Below are positions 12,824-26,451 of a DNA stretch of 64,000 bases, piece by piece. The notes under the pieces are model-generated. The model worked only from the letters and a program-made list of their open reading frames with translations. It was not told where the DNA came from and did not search any database. How positions within the stretch are numbered: position 1 is the first letter of the stretch; every line of letters starts with the position of its first letter. A program made the position numbers and the translations under genes. This DNA comes from Eledone cirrhosa (taxonomy: Eukaryota): positions 41,416,001-41,480,000 of the forward strand of contig OZ024756.1 in NCBI GenBank assembly GCA_964016885.1, read 5' to 3'.

Positions 12824-13050
12824 GAGGCCAGCAATTTAGATGTGGATGTGAAAAGTCGATTATATTAACCCCAGTGTTTTACTGGCACTGTATTTTATCG
12901 ACCTCGGAAAGATGAAGGGCAAAGTTGACCTCGGAAGGATGAAGGGCAAAGTTGACCTCGGCTTCGGTGAGATACGAAACAACTTAAAGAACTGGGAGAA
13001 ATATCACATAGCACACTGTCTGGCGCTCTAACGATTCTGCCAATCACCAA
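12824..13050 (-). mobile_element. SINE family 1 with internal 27-bp tandem duplication
   Basis: Reverse complement of the family 1 sequence; gacctcggaa(a/g)gatgaagggcaaagtt is duplicated. Confidence 0.75.
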
Positions 13051-13309
13051 ACGACAATAGCACGTCATGTCGAAGTTGTTTTTATTCAGCCCCAGGTAAT
13101 CTTTGACCGAGCAGACCAACCGTGCCTATCTGACTTTATTTGGAAGAAGGAAAACGTAGATTAGCTTATGTTTCTAAGGGATGGAAACTGTATGTTTGAA
13201 TCATTAATTTTTCTTGGCCTTCTCCCTCTTGTCACTCCAACCACCGCTACATTTTTATCTATCTAGGTGAATAGATAAAATGGTAGATAGATACATAAGT
13301 AAATAGATA

Positions 13310-13520
13310 GGCGCCTGGCTGACTGGTAAGATCATTGGATTCGCAATTGTGAGGTTGTGAGTTCGATTCCCGGACCAGGTGATGCGTTATGTCCTTGAGC
13401 AAGACACTTTATTTTACGTTGCTCCTTCTACCTGGAGTTGTGACTGATAGATAGTATTAACAATTGGAAAGACCAATGGAAACATTGTTTCCTCGGTCCG
13501 GTTTGACGAAAATCGATATA
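13310..13520 (+). mobile_element. tRNA-derived SINE family 2 (CORE-like tgtccttgagcaagacacttt domain)
   Basis: A box tggctgactggtaag, B box gagttcgattccc, CORE-like segment and tail ggaaagaccaatggaaacattgtttcctcggtccg. Confidence 0.8.
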
Positions 13521-13699
13521 TAATAGATAGGGAGGTAGATAGATATGCAGAGAGATGGATAGATATAGTAATTATTGCCAGGATATATATATATATATAT
13601 ATAATTATAGGAGAAAGTATGACCCTGACGGCAGAGCTCAAGCCGTTTCGACGGCTATTTCTGGACTAAAGTAAGAGTTAATAATTATATATATATGTA

Positions 13700-13888
13700 T
13701 AATTGTTTCTATTTTTGGCACAAGACCAGCAATTATTCCAGTACATTACTGGTACTTTATTTTATCAACCCTATAAAGATGAAAGGCGAAGTTAACCTTG
13801 GTGGGATTTGAACTCAGACCGTAAAGGGGCGTAGCTCTATGCTTGAAAGCATGGCGTCCGACCCTCTACCGATACTGCCAATCCACTG
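13700..13888 (-). mobile_element. SINE family 1
   Basis: Reverse complement of the 11953-12140 type. Confidence 0.85.
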
Positions 13889-14117
13889 TGTGTGTATGTG
13901 TGTGTGCATGTATGTACGTATACATATTCCTGTGTGTGCGCGCGTGTGTATTACACAAATATTTGAAATGAAAACACTTAGTTGCATGAGAATTATCCCC
14001 CTTGGACGATCTAAAATATTTATTTATTTATTTATTTATTTATTTACTTCTTCAATCAGATATATATTACTTTATTTACTTTTCAACTCATGTTTTATAA
14101 TGATATAGTATAATGTG

Positions 14118-14159
<42 letters not shown>

Positions 14160-14164
<5 letters not shown>

Positions 14165-14360
14165 GTTAGAGAATTGGATTCGCAATCGTGAGGTTGTGAG
14201 TTCGATTCCTGGACAGGGCGATGCGTTATGTCCTTGAGCAAGACACTTTATTACACGTTGCTCCTTCTGCCTGAAGTTTCGACCGATAGATAGTACTAGC
14301 AATTGGAAAGACCAATGGACACACTGTTTCCTCGGTCCGATTTGACGAAAGTCGATCGAT
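14160..14360 (+). mobile_element. SINE family 2
   Basis: Highly similar to 13310-13520. Confidence 0.8.
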
Positions 14361-14410
14361 CAAAAAAAAAAAATATATATATATATAAATTAATAAAAAC
14401 AATGAATAAA

Positions 14411-14476
<66 letters not shown>

Positions 14477-14827
14477 TTATTTATTTATTTGTGTGTGTGA
14501 TTGCTAGGACCACACACACACTGAGAAAGAAGACAAAGCTAAAGAGGTGAGTGTGGGAAAGATCTCACGCACTAAATCCTATCAATTTCTCTGTCATTAT
14601 CAGAAGTATTAACCAATGGCTGGGCAGCAGATATATCCGGAAGTAACGGAAAACAGTACCGCAGTTAAGTTTTATTTCACCCAGCGTGAACACAACCTGG
14701 CCGAATGGTCAAGAAGTTTGCTCCACAACCATCAGGTCGCAGGTTCGATCTTACTGCATGACATCTCTCTGTGTGTGTGTATATATATATATACACACAC
14801 ACATATATACATGTGTGTGTATACATA

Positions 14828-15008
14828 TAATTGTTTCTACTTTTGGCAATTACCCAGTGCATTACTGGTACTTTATTTTATTGACCCCGTAAGGATGAAA
14901 GGCAAAGTTAACCTCGGCGGGATTTGAACTCAGAATGGAAAGGGCCGTAACTCTATGCGTCAAAGCATGGCGTCCGACCCTCTACCGATACTGTAAATCC
15001 ACCGCCCT
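14828..15008 (-). mobile_element. SINE family 1
   Basis: Reverse complement of the family 1 sequence. Confidence 0.85.
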
Positions 15009-15047
15009 TATGTATACATATAATGCTGCAATATACATATAATGCTG

Positions 15048-15114
<67 letters not shown>

Positions 15115-15343
15115 TATCCACTGTAAGTTGTGGGGTCTATTCTGTATGAAGAACTCAATGTAATCCATATGTTGAAAATGTTGTAGGTTAAGATAAATCT
15201 CAGAAAACAATAAAACATTAAAAGGAAAACAGAGTCATGATATAAGTTAAAACAATGAAATAAAAAATCAAGTCATTAGAGATATACTTCACTGCTTTAC
15301 GATCGTTTCTAGGTGATGATAATATATTGTATCTATACTCAGC

Positions 15344-15501
15344 TATTGATCTATGTCAGTTTACAAACTATCAGATAGAGAGAATATTTACTTCCATGCA
15401 TATCACCAGCTGTTTTCAAAAGCCTTTGAAAACAGCTGGTCATATGCATGTAAGTAAATATTCTCTCTATCTGATAGTTTGTAAACTGACATAGATCAAT
15501 A
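15344..15501. repeat. Fold-back inverted repeat, 77-bp arms, 4-nt loop
   Basis: 15344-15420 is the reverse complement of 15425-15501 with 2 mismatches. Confidence 0.9.
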
Positions 15502-15517
15502 TTTCATTGTTTTAACT

Positions 15518-15552
<35 letters not shown>

Positions 15553-15768
15553 AAGGGGGGGGGGTATTATGGTGTAGTGTTGTCACTGTGCCCCTTGTCT
15601 TGGTCGATACTGTCTGTTTACCACGAGCTGCCACTCCACAATTAGACACCAGAGACTGTTTATGTGTATATATACTCGTATACAGTATATATACTCGCGT
15701 ATATATAGATAGATCCAGCAACTTAAGAGTAAATGTTTGTACCTTGAGACACGACACTAAATAGTCAA

Positions 15769-15800
<32 letters not shown>

Positions 15801-16055
15801 TTACTACTACTACTACTACCATCAACACCAGCACCACTACCACCACCACTACTACCACCACCACCACTACTACCACCACCACTACTAATACCATCATCAT
15901 CATCACCACAATAGCAACAACAAAAACACCGAATAAGAATCAGGTGTGTCGATGTCAAGAAGTAATTTTATATCATAGTGAATATACACACAGACATATA
16001 TATATATATACAGACACACACAAATATATACACAGACACACATGCACACAGACAT

Positions 16056-16091
<36 letters not shown>

Positions 16092-16097
16092 GCACCG

Positions 16098-16140
<43 letters not shown>

Positions 16141-16163
16141 ATATATATATATATATATGCACC

Positions 16164-16267
<104 letters not shown>

Positions 16268-16583
16268 GTTGTACAGTTGTAGACTGATCTTTATTTAGCT
16301 GTAGTGATCTGATCTCTGCTGACCTTTTACGACAGTAATCCACACATCAGCCATTTTCTAACTAAACTTTTGACACTGAGCAATCTTTAACTTTATTTTA
16401 GAAGTCTACTAAAATATTTGATTCTCTCTTCTCATCGTCCTTGTTTTCTTAACTCATAAACACACATACACATAAACACACATACACAAGTAAATACATG
16501 CATATACACGCACCTGCAGCCACACACACACACTTTCACGTGCATGCCGGCATACACGTACGGGCATTGATATATACCTATAC

Positions 16584-16689
<106 letters not shown>

Positions 16690-16781
16690 AAAGATGTCAA
16701 CATGAATAGACCTGTTATTTTTATCTGAAGACATTTTTTCCAATCCGCCCGTCCCCTCAATCTATCTTATTTCTCATTCTT

Positions 16782-16817
16782 TCTTCTGATGAAGGACTAA
16801 CGTCCGAAACGTTAAGA
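16782..16817 (+). ncRNA. Minimal type I hammerhead ribozyme motif within a ~210-bp dispersed element (16690-16900)
   Basis: TCTT-CTGATGA-A-GGAC(taac)GTCC-GAA-ACGT-T-AAGA: stem I TCTT/AAGA, stem II GGAC/GTCC, palindromic stem III ACGT. Confidence 0.75.
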
Positions 16818-16984
16818 CCCTCTTCCTACTATTTCAAGTGTTAAACTAATATATCCCTTCCATATACTGTACCGATTGTGTTTTCATTTCTGTTTACCTT
16901 TTATATATATATATATATTTAAAAGTTACCATGACTGAATCTTAACCATCTACTATGTCAGGGTATGTCATGCATCATCTTATT

Positions 16985-17045
16985 TTATCTGATGAGGACG
17001 TACTGTTGAACTTAAATCAGTACCTCAGAAATATGTATAATAAAA
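16985..17045 (+). ncRNA. Degenerate hammerhead-like motif
   Basis: CTGATGA (16989-16995), stem GTACTG/CAGTAC, GAAA (17028-17031), TATGTA; stem I is imperfect. Confidence 0.45.
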
Positions 17046-17090
17046 TATACTTGATCACAAGAATATCTATTTTGTTAATATTTTGAATTA

Positions 17091-17139
<49 letters not shown>

Positions 17140-17292
17140 GAAGATACTGGTTCAGTCTAGTTCAACCGGATTGGTCTGTCCCAGTCATTCATTGAGCAAC
17201 ATCGGTAAGGTTGGCACCATTAACTCACGGTTGGATGTGGATGCATTCATGTATATGTGTGTGTCCGCATGTATCTGTGTGTTTCTAAATAT

Positions 17293-17343
<51 letters not shown>

Positions 17344-17578
17344 GGTGACAGTTTCACACAGGCAGCTGTCAAATTACGTAGTTTCTGTATAATAAAACTA
17401 TTATCTGCAGCGACCTACAACCTCATTATGTAATAGTCCATACTCCAGCGTCTCTTTACATATCTTAAGATATGTAAAGTAACAACAATAAGAAGAGAAA
17501 GAAGAGAAAGCACAGAGGAAAACGAATAGTCGTGTGTATATAAATATACACACATATGTGTGTATATTTATATACACG

Positions 17579-17691
<113 letters not shown>

Positions 17692-17914
17692 GAAACTAAT
17701 TAAAGAAAAAATGTAGGGGTACATAAGTGGACTCTAGAGAGAGAGGGTGACGGGGAACCGAAATGAATAAGGACGCCAAGAAATGTTACATTCCCCCACC
17801 CCACCCCACCCCATACTTTAATAAGCGACCAAGTGGTCCGGGTTGATACCCCAGATATTTCGGGTTAATTAGATGATGTTTTATAATGATTAGTTTGGGA
17901 ACACTGAGCCGTAT

Positions 17915-18445
17915 GAGAGGGTGCGTATACTTGTGTGTGTGAGGGAGCGTATACTTGTGTGTGTGAGGGTGCGTATACTTGTGTGTGTGAGGGTGCGTAT
18001 ACTTGTGTGTGTGAGGGTGCGTATACTTGTGTGTGTGAGGGAGCGTATACTTGTGTGTGTGAGGGTGCGTATACTTGTGTGTGTGAGGGTGCGTATACTT
18101 GTGTGTGTGAGGGTGCGTATACTTGTGTGTGTGAGGGTGCGTATACTTGTGTGTGTGAGGGTGCGTATACTTGTGTGTGTGAGGGTGCGTATACTTGTGT
18201 GTGTGAGGGAGCATATATTTGTGTGTGTGAGGGTGCGTATACTTGTGTGTGTGAGGGAGCGTATACTTGTGTGTGTGAGGGAGCGTATACTTGTGTGTGT
18301 GAGGGTGCGTATACTTGTGTGTGTGAGGGTGCGTATACTTGTGTGTGTGAGGGTGCGTATACTTGTGTGTGTGAGGGTGCGTATACTTGTGTGTGTGAGG
18401 GAGCGTATACTTGTGTGTGTAAGGGTGCGTATACTTGTGTGTGTA
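17915..18445. repeat. 24-bp minisatellite (about 22 copies)
   Basis: Repeated gagggtgcgtatacttgtgtgtgt. Confidence 0.95.
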
Positions 18446-18856
18446 TGTGTGCGTGTGTGTGTTTGGAAGGGTGTGATAATGTGTAAAACTGTGTATGTAT
18501 GTGTGGGTGTGTGTTTGCTTGTAAGAGTGTGAGGACGTATATAAATGTGTGTATGTATGTGTGTATATGTGTATATATATATGTAAGTGTGTGTATAAGT
18601 GTATATATGTATAAGTGAATATGTGTATATATATATATGTGTGTGTATATGTGTATATATGTATAAGTGTAAATATGTAAGTGTATATATGTATATATAT
18701 GTGTGTATATATAAGTCTCAGGGGTCTAATTATATCTTTACTTGTGATAGCCCCCCCCCTCCATTATACAACAGAGGAGGAGATATAATGACTTAATAGC
18801 AACTGTGTATAGTGTTATTACTAGTATTGCTAGTATTACTAGTAATACTAGTAATA

Positions 18857-19935
18857 CTAGTAGTGGTGGTAGTGGTTGGTGGTAGTAGTGGTAGTGGTGG
18901 TAGTAGTGGTGTTGGTAGTGGTAGTGGTGGTAGTGGTTGGTGGTAGTAGTGGTGGTAGTGGTGGTTGTCGTAGTAGTGGTTGTAGTAGTAGTAGTGGTGG
19001 TAGTAGTAGTAGTGGTAGTGATTGGTTGTAGTAGTGGTGGTGGTGGTGGTAGTGGTGGTTGTCGTAGTAGTGGTTGTAGTAGTAGTTGTGGTAGTAGTAG
19101 TGGTAATGGTGGTTGTAGTAGTGGTGTTGTTGGTAGTGGTGGTAGTGGTGGTTGTAGTAGTAGTAGTGGTGGTAGTAGTAGTAATGGTAGTGGTGGTTGT
19201 AGTAGTGGTGGTGGTAGTGGTGGTGGTGGTAGTGGTGGTTGTCGTAGTAGTGGTTGTAGTAGTAGTGGTAGTGGTGGTTGTAGTAGTAGTAGTGGTGTTG
19301 TTGGTAGTGGTGGTAGTGGTGGTTGTAGTAGTAGTAGTGGTGGTAGTAGTAGTAATGGTAGTAGTAGTAGTGGTGGTAGTAGTAGTAATGGTAGTGGTGG
19401 TTGTAGTAGTAGTGGTGGTAGTAGTAGTAATGGTAGTGGTGGTTGTAGTAGTGGTGGTGGTAGTGGTGGTGGAGGTAGTGGTGGTTGTCGTAGTAGTGGT
19501 TGTAGTAGTAGTAGTAGGTGGTGTAGTGGTGGTTGTAGTAGTAGTAGTGGTGTTCGTTGGTAGTGGTGGTAGTGGTGGTAGTAGTAGTAGTAGGTGGTAG
19601 TAGTAGTAATGGTAGTAGGTAGTAGTAGTGGTATAGTAGTAATGGTAGTGGTAGGTTGTAGTAGTGGTAGTGGTGGTGGTGGTGTCGTAGTGGTGGTGTC
19701 GTAGTAGTGGTTGTAGTAGTAGTAGTGGTAGTAGTGGTAGTGAGTGGTAGTGGTGGTGTAGTAGTGGTGGTGGTGGTGGTGGTGGTTGTAGTAGTGGTGG
19801 TGTGTAGGTAGTTGGTAGTAGGTTGTAGTAGTAGTGTAGTAGTGGTGGTTGTAGTAGCTAGTGGTATGTAGTTAGCTACTGTTATATTTATTACTAGTAG
19901 TAGTATAGTCGGTAGTAGTAGTAGTAGTAGTAGAA
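18857..19935. repeat. Compound (GTA/GTG/GTT)n trinucleotide tract
   Basis: Direct inspection; the overlapping ORFs are artefacts. Confidence 0.9.
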
Positions 19936-20161
19936 GAATGATAATTGTACTAATAGCAATAATACTAGAAATGATGATGATGATGATAAGTAAATATTTT
20001 AAATACTGCCACATGTGGAAGACAAACCTTTAGAAAGCACGTGGTTTCAATAGGGATCATCTAAGTTGGAGTGGGGAATACCTGGGAGAATAGGTGAGAA
20101 ATCTCTACTGAGAAACATACAGAGCAGATATAGAGATAGACAGATACAGACGGAGACACGC

Positions 20162-20756
<595 letters not shown>

Positions 20757-21049
20757 TACGATATTAAATAAATGGAAACTATATTTATAAAACCATATTT
20801 ATTTCATTATATATATTTCAGGGATATCATATTAAAAATATGTTATGCTTCTTCAGACAAAATACAATATAAACAGTCTATAAATAGATAGATTCGACAT
20901 ACCTTTCAACTTCAACTTCCATTTAAAAAGTTTATATTGTATTTTGTCTGAAGAAGGCATAACATATTTTTAATATGATATCCCTGAAATATATATAATG
21001 AAATAAATATGGTTTTAATAAATATAGTTTCCATTTATTTAATATCGTA
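20757..21049. repeat. Inverted repeat (~118-bp arms, 55-nt spacer) carrying a hammerhead-like core
   Basis: 20757-20874 pairs with 20930-21049 (two 1-nt indels). The right arm has CTGAAGA (20948-20954), stem CATATT/AATATG and GAAA (20986-20989) followed by TATATA; TTGAGTGC follows at 21069. Confidence 0.85.
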
Positions 21050-21252
21050 AATATACTCCAAATACTTGTTGAGTGCTTTTATATCAGTTATAAATATATT
21101 TACTCGTTGTAACCCAACAATTTAAAAAAAACTTTGCATATATTTACTATATATATATATTTATATATATATATATATATTTATATATAGATTTTGAGTT
21201 TATGTTGGTTGTATACCATTATATATAAATATTTTATATTATATATATATAA

Positions 21253-21283
<31 letters not shown>

Positions 21284-21403
21284 TTATTATATATATATAT
21301 TTATATATATATATTTATATATATATATTTATATATATATATTTATATATATATATTTATATATATAATATAGTATATATATTTATATATATATATATTT
21401 TAT

Positions 21404-21468
<65 letters not shown>

Positions 21469-21599
21469 CGTAAATATGGTGTCAGATCTTCAGCCTATAT
21501 CGACTCCTGACCGAGTCATAAGGATAAGGACACCTTTGTAACATACGGTGTATCTTGGACAAACCTAGCAAAGCCCATCCCTTCTCGCAGTCTACTCTG

Positions 21600-21661
<62 letters not shown>

Positions 21662-21740
21662 ATAGATAAACGGAGCCATAGACTCTCGCTATTCCCTGTC
21701 AGTAATGTGCTCAAAGGAGAAGGAATCCCGAGCCCTTTAT

Positions 21741-21938
21741 AATACAATATGTTGAAAAGGTAACACACCAGAGAGAGATAGTGCGCCATCAATCAAACAG
21801 GGAAAAAGCACCAGTGTATGGAATCTATAACTCATGGAAGTATATGGGTTATAGATTCCATACACTGGTGCTTTTTCCCTGTTTGATTGATGGCGCACTA
21901 TCTCTCTCTGGTGTGTTACCTTTTCAACATATTGTATT
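21741..21938. repeat. Perfect fold-back inverted repeat, 91-bp arms, 16-nt spacer
   Basis: 21741-21831 is the reverse complement of 21848-21938. Confidence 0.92.
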
Positions 21939-22081
21939 TTATATATATATATATATTTGTAGTAAGGTTGCTTGGATGCGTCCATAGGCGGTAAGCCGGT
22001 TGAGTACTCTATGCCCCTCCGGAGCAGAGTATGATAATACGGAAAACGAAGAACCAGTGATGCATCGGAACACAATTCATT

Positions 22082-22174
22082 ACGTATTACAATTGTTTCT
22101 CCGGCGAACAGCTCGAGATGCGATCTATTTGTGGATCGAACCTGACTCTGGATTCGCAAGTTCCTTAGATACGT
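22082..22174 (-). ncRNA. Hammerhead-like motif with long stem II, one core mismatch
   Basis: Minus strand: ACGTAT-CTAAGGA-(~60 nt)-GAA-ACAATTGT-A-ATACGT; 6-bp stem I and palindromic stem III. Confidence 0.55.
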
Positions 22175-22191
22175 CTAGTGGTTTCGAATCA

Positions 22192-22282
<91 letters not shown>

Positions 22283-22823
22283 CCAGAAGGTTCCTAGAAT
22301 ATTCCAACAATTTAAACCTGTTAAGTCCCAGTACAACATACCAGAAAACCATATATTTTACTCACTACTAAAAATGTGTTAATGGCCCAGGTGATAATGT
22401 TTAAATGAGTTTTTAGAAATTTTTTTTCTCTCCTTACCTCTGCCAGAAAACCAATTTCTCATTCTTATTCCCATTCCTCTCACCTAAAACAGTTTTACTT
22501 TCATCTTTGCCGAAATATCTACAGAATGCAATTTTATTCTTTGCCCTTACACATCACCCCACACCTTCCATCAACATCATAGAGACCACGATGATGATGA
22601 TGATCATCATCATCACAACCATGACCACCAATATCACCATCACCACCACTACCACCACAACCACTACCACTACTACCACCACCACTACCACCACAACCAC
22701 TACCACCACCACCTCCACCACCTACAAAGTATCTACTAATATGTAGACTTTACTTTCCTGGAGTATAGAGTTTAATAGTCGTACTAATCTAACTAGTAAC
22801 ATCTCATCTCATCTCATCTCATC

Positions 22824-22901
<78 letters not shown>

Positions 22902-23217
22902 CTGGTCCAGACTAGACGTTATAGGTGCTAGAAATAGCTCCGAAATATCGGTCCAGTAAAAGCGACTCAACAATATATTAAACTTGATACAGCTATATCT
23001 GACTTGGCCGTTAGGCCCTTTGACCCAATGTTGAAGCAGGGATTTAAAACTCTCTCAACATATATTTATGACATCCCATTATATGAATATATATATATAC
23101 ATATATATATACACATATATATATATATCCACCCACCCACCCCCACACTCTCAAAAGTGTGAACCTAATAAACTACCATTTATACTGCATCTCTGTTTTT
23201 TGTTCCTGTCTAATATT

Positions 23218-23302
<85 letters not shown>

Positions 23303-23304
<2 letters not shown>

Positions 23305-23503
23305 CTTTCTCCAGAATGAAACAGTTCTAGTCCTGTAGAAGCCTTTTCTATATTAAATATTTATACTCTGCTTTGTATTGAGTACCTTACTTACTGTGGT
23401 TACCCCCGATTGAACCCGGGATAAATGTATATATATAAGTTTATCCCGGGTTGAATCGGAGGTAACCACAGTAAGCAAGGTACTCAATAAAAAGCAGAGT
23501 ATA
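23303..23503. mobile_element. Dispersed short element family B, two copies tail-to-tail around a TA tract
   Basis: gtattgagtaccttacttactgtggttacccccgatt.aacccgggataaa at 23362-23425 and inverted at 23440-23503; also at 24175-24237, 24540-24595, 56177-56200 and 56581-56615. Confidence 0.75.
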
Positions 23504-23588
23504 TATATATATATATATGTGTGTGTGTATATATATATACAGAGAGAGAGTTTTAAACGCCGTTCATCCATTTCTCTCTGACTACCCT

Positions 23589-23627
<39 letters not shown>

Positions 23628-23960
23628 ATTACACATTTTTCTTTCTATTTGAAACACATTCCACACTCACATACATACACAGGTTCACCCATTCCTTCCC
23701 ACACTACACACATGTCACCTCTTCTCATTCAATCCTTCTGACATCTTACCCGAGTCCCCTAACCTCCTCTCACACTCCTCCTTTCTTTTTTATCTCATTC
23801 CTCTCCTCCTCGACAAGCCCCCATGCTGCCTAAACTTTCACCTATCATATTTTCACTTCCATTCTCATAAATTCTTTAAATAACAGACATCGCTTATATA
23901 AACTGGTAGGTCAACGGTTCTTCAGCTTTTAATCCTTAGTCTCAATGACGTCACACCTAT

Positions 23961-24044
<84 letters not shown>

Positions 24045-24045
<1 letters not shown>

Positions 24046-24237
24046 GTTTTAATATAGATGAGATTCTACAGGACTAGAACTGTTTCATTCTTTAGAAATC
24101 ATCAGAATTCCTGATGATTTCTAAAGAATGAAACAGTTCTAGTCCTGTAGAATCTCATCTATATTAAAACTTTTATACTCTGCAATGTATTGAGTACCTT
24201 ACTTACTGTGGTTACCTCCGATTCAACCCGGAATAAC
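24045..24237 (+). mobile_element. Family B element with a perfect 61-bp fold-back at its 5' end and a hammerhead-like core
   Basis: 24045-24105 is the exact reverse complement of 24111-24171. The right arm begins CTGATGA-tttctaaagaat-GAAA-cagttc. Confidence 0.8.
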
Positions 24238-24363
24238 GTGTGTGTATATATATATATAACGAAGAAAGTGTGGTAAGGAACCAGGTGGACCATAACGCAC
24301 CAGAGTACTCAGAAATAGCTGTCGAAACGGCCGGAGCTCAGCCGTCGGGGTCCTGACTCTTTT

Positions 24364-24409
<46 letters not shown>

Positions 24410-24477
24410 AGGGCCTCCTACACACTGCTTTTTCTTAAGTATAGAGTACTAAACTGAATAATGGTCTAACAGTGACA

Positions 24478-24534
<57 letters not shown>

Positions 24535-24917
24535 GAGATCTGTATTGAGTACCTTACTTACTGTGGTTACCCCCGATTTAACCCGGGATAAACTTATATA
24601 TATATATATATACACACATACTTGAGGGTGAGATAGTGTGAGAGGGCGATGGATGGTATATAAAATAGCTGGGAAGGGACAACCATATAATTGTGGTCTT
24701 TAAGACAAACGTAGAGAACAAGTGACAGACTTCTCTCCTGGTTTTCTTAATGGTTTCTTCAAGTATTTCATGAATTTTCTACAACTTTTGGTGAAGGAAT
24801 TCTATATTTGTGTCTCTATCTGTCATTGTGTCTGTGTCTCTATATATTGTGTATATATCTGTATATTTATGTGTTTCTGTATGTATGTATGTATGTATGT
24901 ATATAAATACACACACG

Positions 24918-24975
<58 letters not shown>

Positions 24976-25024
24976 TATATGTATATATACATATATATAT
25001 ATATGTATGTGTGTGTGTCTGTAT

Positions 25025-25082
<58 letters not shown>

Positions 25083-25128
25083 ATACAGACACACACACAC
25101 ATACATATATATATATACATATATATAA

Positions 25129-25164
<36 letters not shown>

Positions 25165-25455
25165 TGGCTGCTCTACGTTAGCACGTCAGTACTGAAATGG
25201 AAGCAGGGTGGAATTTCAAGCAGATTCTGTGGAGGGAGGAGGAGGAAGATGAAGAGGTGTGTAGGAGGAGGGTAGGTGTGGGAGGGGGTGTAGCTAGGTC
25301 TTCCTACTAGAAACCTATTTATAGACCAAGATTTTTAACCTACTTTCGCCTCTGTCAAATCACGCCATTTTCAAGGACTGCGGGTTATGGCTCGTTCTGC
25401 TGAGGGTGGAGGTTGAGGGGTGGGACGGCGGTGACAGGAGGTATGTCTGTGTGTC

Positions 25456-25486
<31 letters not shown>

Positions 25487-25533
25487 TCCTGTACGTTTCT
25501 CTCTCTCTCTCTCTCTCTGTATATATATATATA

Positions 25534-25578
<45 letters not shown>

Positions 25579-25641
25579 ATATATATATATATATGTGTGT
25601 GTATATATATATATATATGTGTGTGTATATATATATATATA

Positions 25642-25672
<31 letters not shown>

Positions 25673-25755
25673 GTGTGTGTATATATATATATATATGTGT
25701 GTGTGTATATATATATATATATGTGTGTGTATATATATATATATATATGTGTGTG

Positions 25756-25786
<31 letters not shown>

Positions 25787-25795
25787 ATATATATA

Positions 25796-25840
<45 letters not shown>

Positions 25841-25907
25841 ATATATATGTGTATATATATATGTGTATATATATAAATATATATATGTGTATATATATAT
25901 ATATGTC

Positions 25908-25988
<81 letters not shown>

Positions 25989-26049
25989 ATATATATATAT
26001 ATATATGTGTATATATATATATATATATAGATAAATATATACACACACT

Positions 26050-26189
26050 GAGTTTGGATCTAGCTGTCGAAATGGCCGGAGCTCAGCCGTCGGTGTCCTG
26101 ACTCTTTTCCTATTACCCACTCTACTACCCTAAGTATTGAGTACTCTGGTGCGTTATGATCCACCTGGTTCCTTACCACACTTTCTTTG

Positions 26190-26190
<1 letters not shown>
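26050..26190 (+). mobile_element. Dispersed short element family A (hammerhead 3' half plus conserved tail) in (TA)n
   Basis: gtcGAAAtggccggagctcagccgTC..ctactaccctaagtattgagtactctggtgcgttatgatccacctggttccttaccaca; homologous copies at 13607, 24258, 39355, 42830, 50616 and 51273. Confidence 0.8.
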
Positions 26191-26255
<65 letters not shown>

Positions 26256-26355
26256 TAAGTTGAAAAAGATGAAAACGAAATTTCATTTCTCACTCTTAGT
26301 ATGGCACTATATACATACATACTTACATTTATATATAGATAGATACACTTATAGG

Positions 26356-26398
<43 letters not shown>

Positions 26399-26414
26399 TA
26401 GATACACTTATAGG

Positions 26415-26451
<37 letters not shown>

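Noticed and set aside
13310-13380. tRNA gene (A/B boxes)
   Set aside because: Continues into SINE body repeated several times; no complete cloverleaf.
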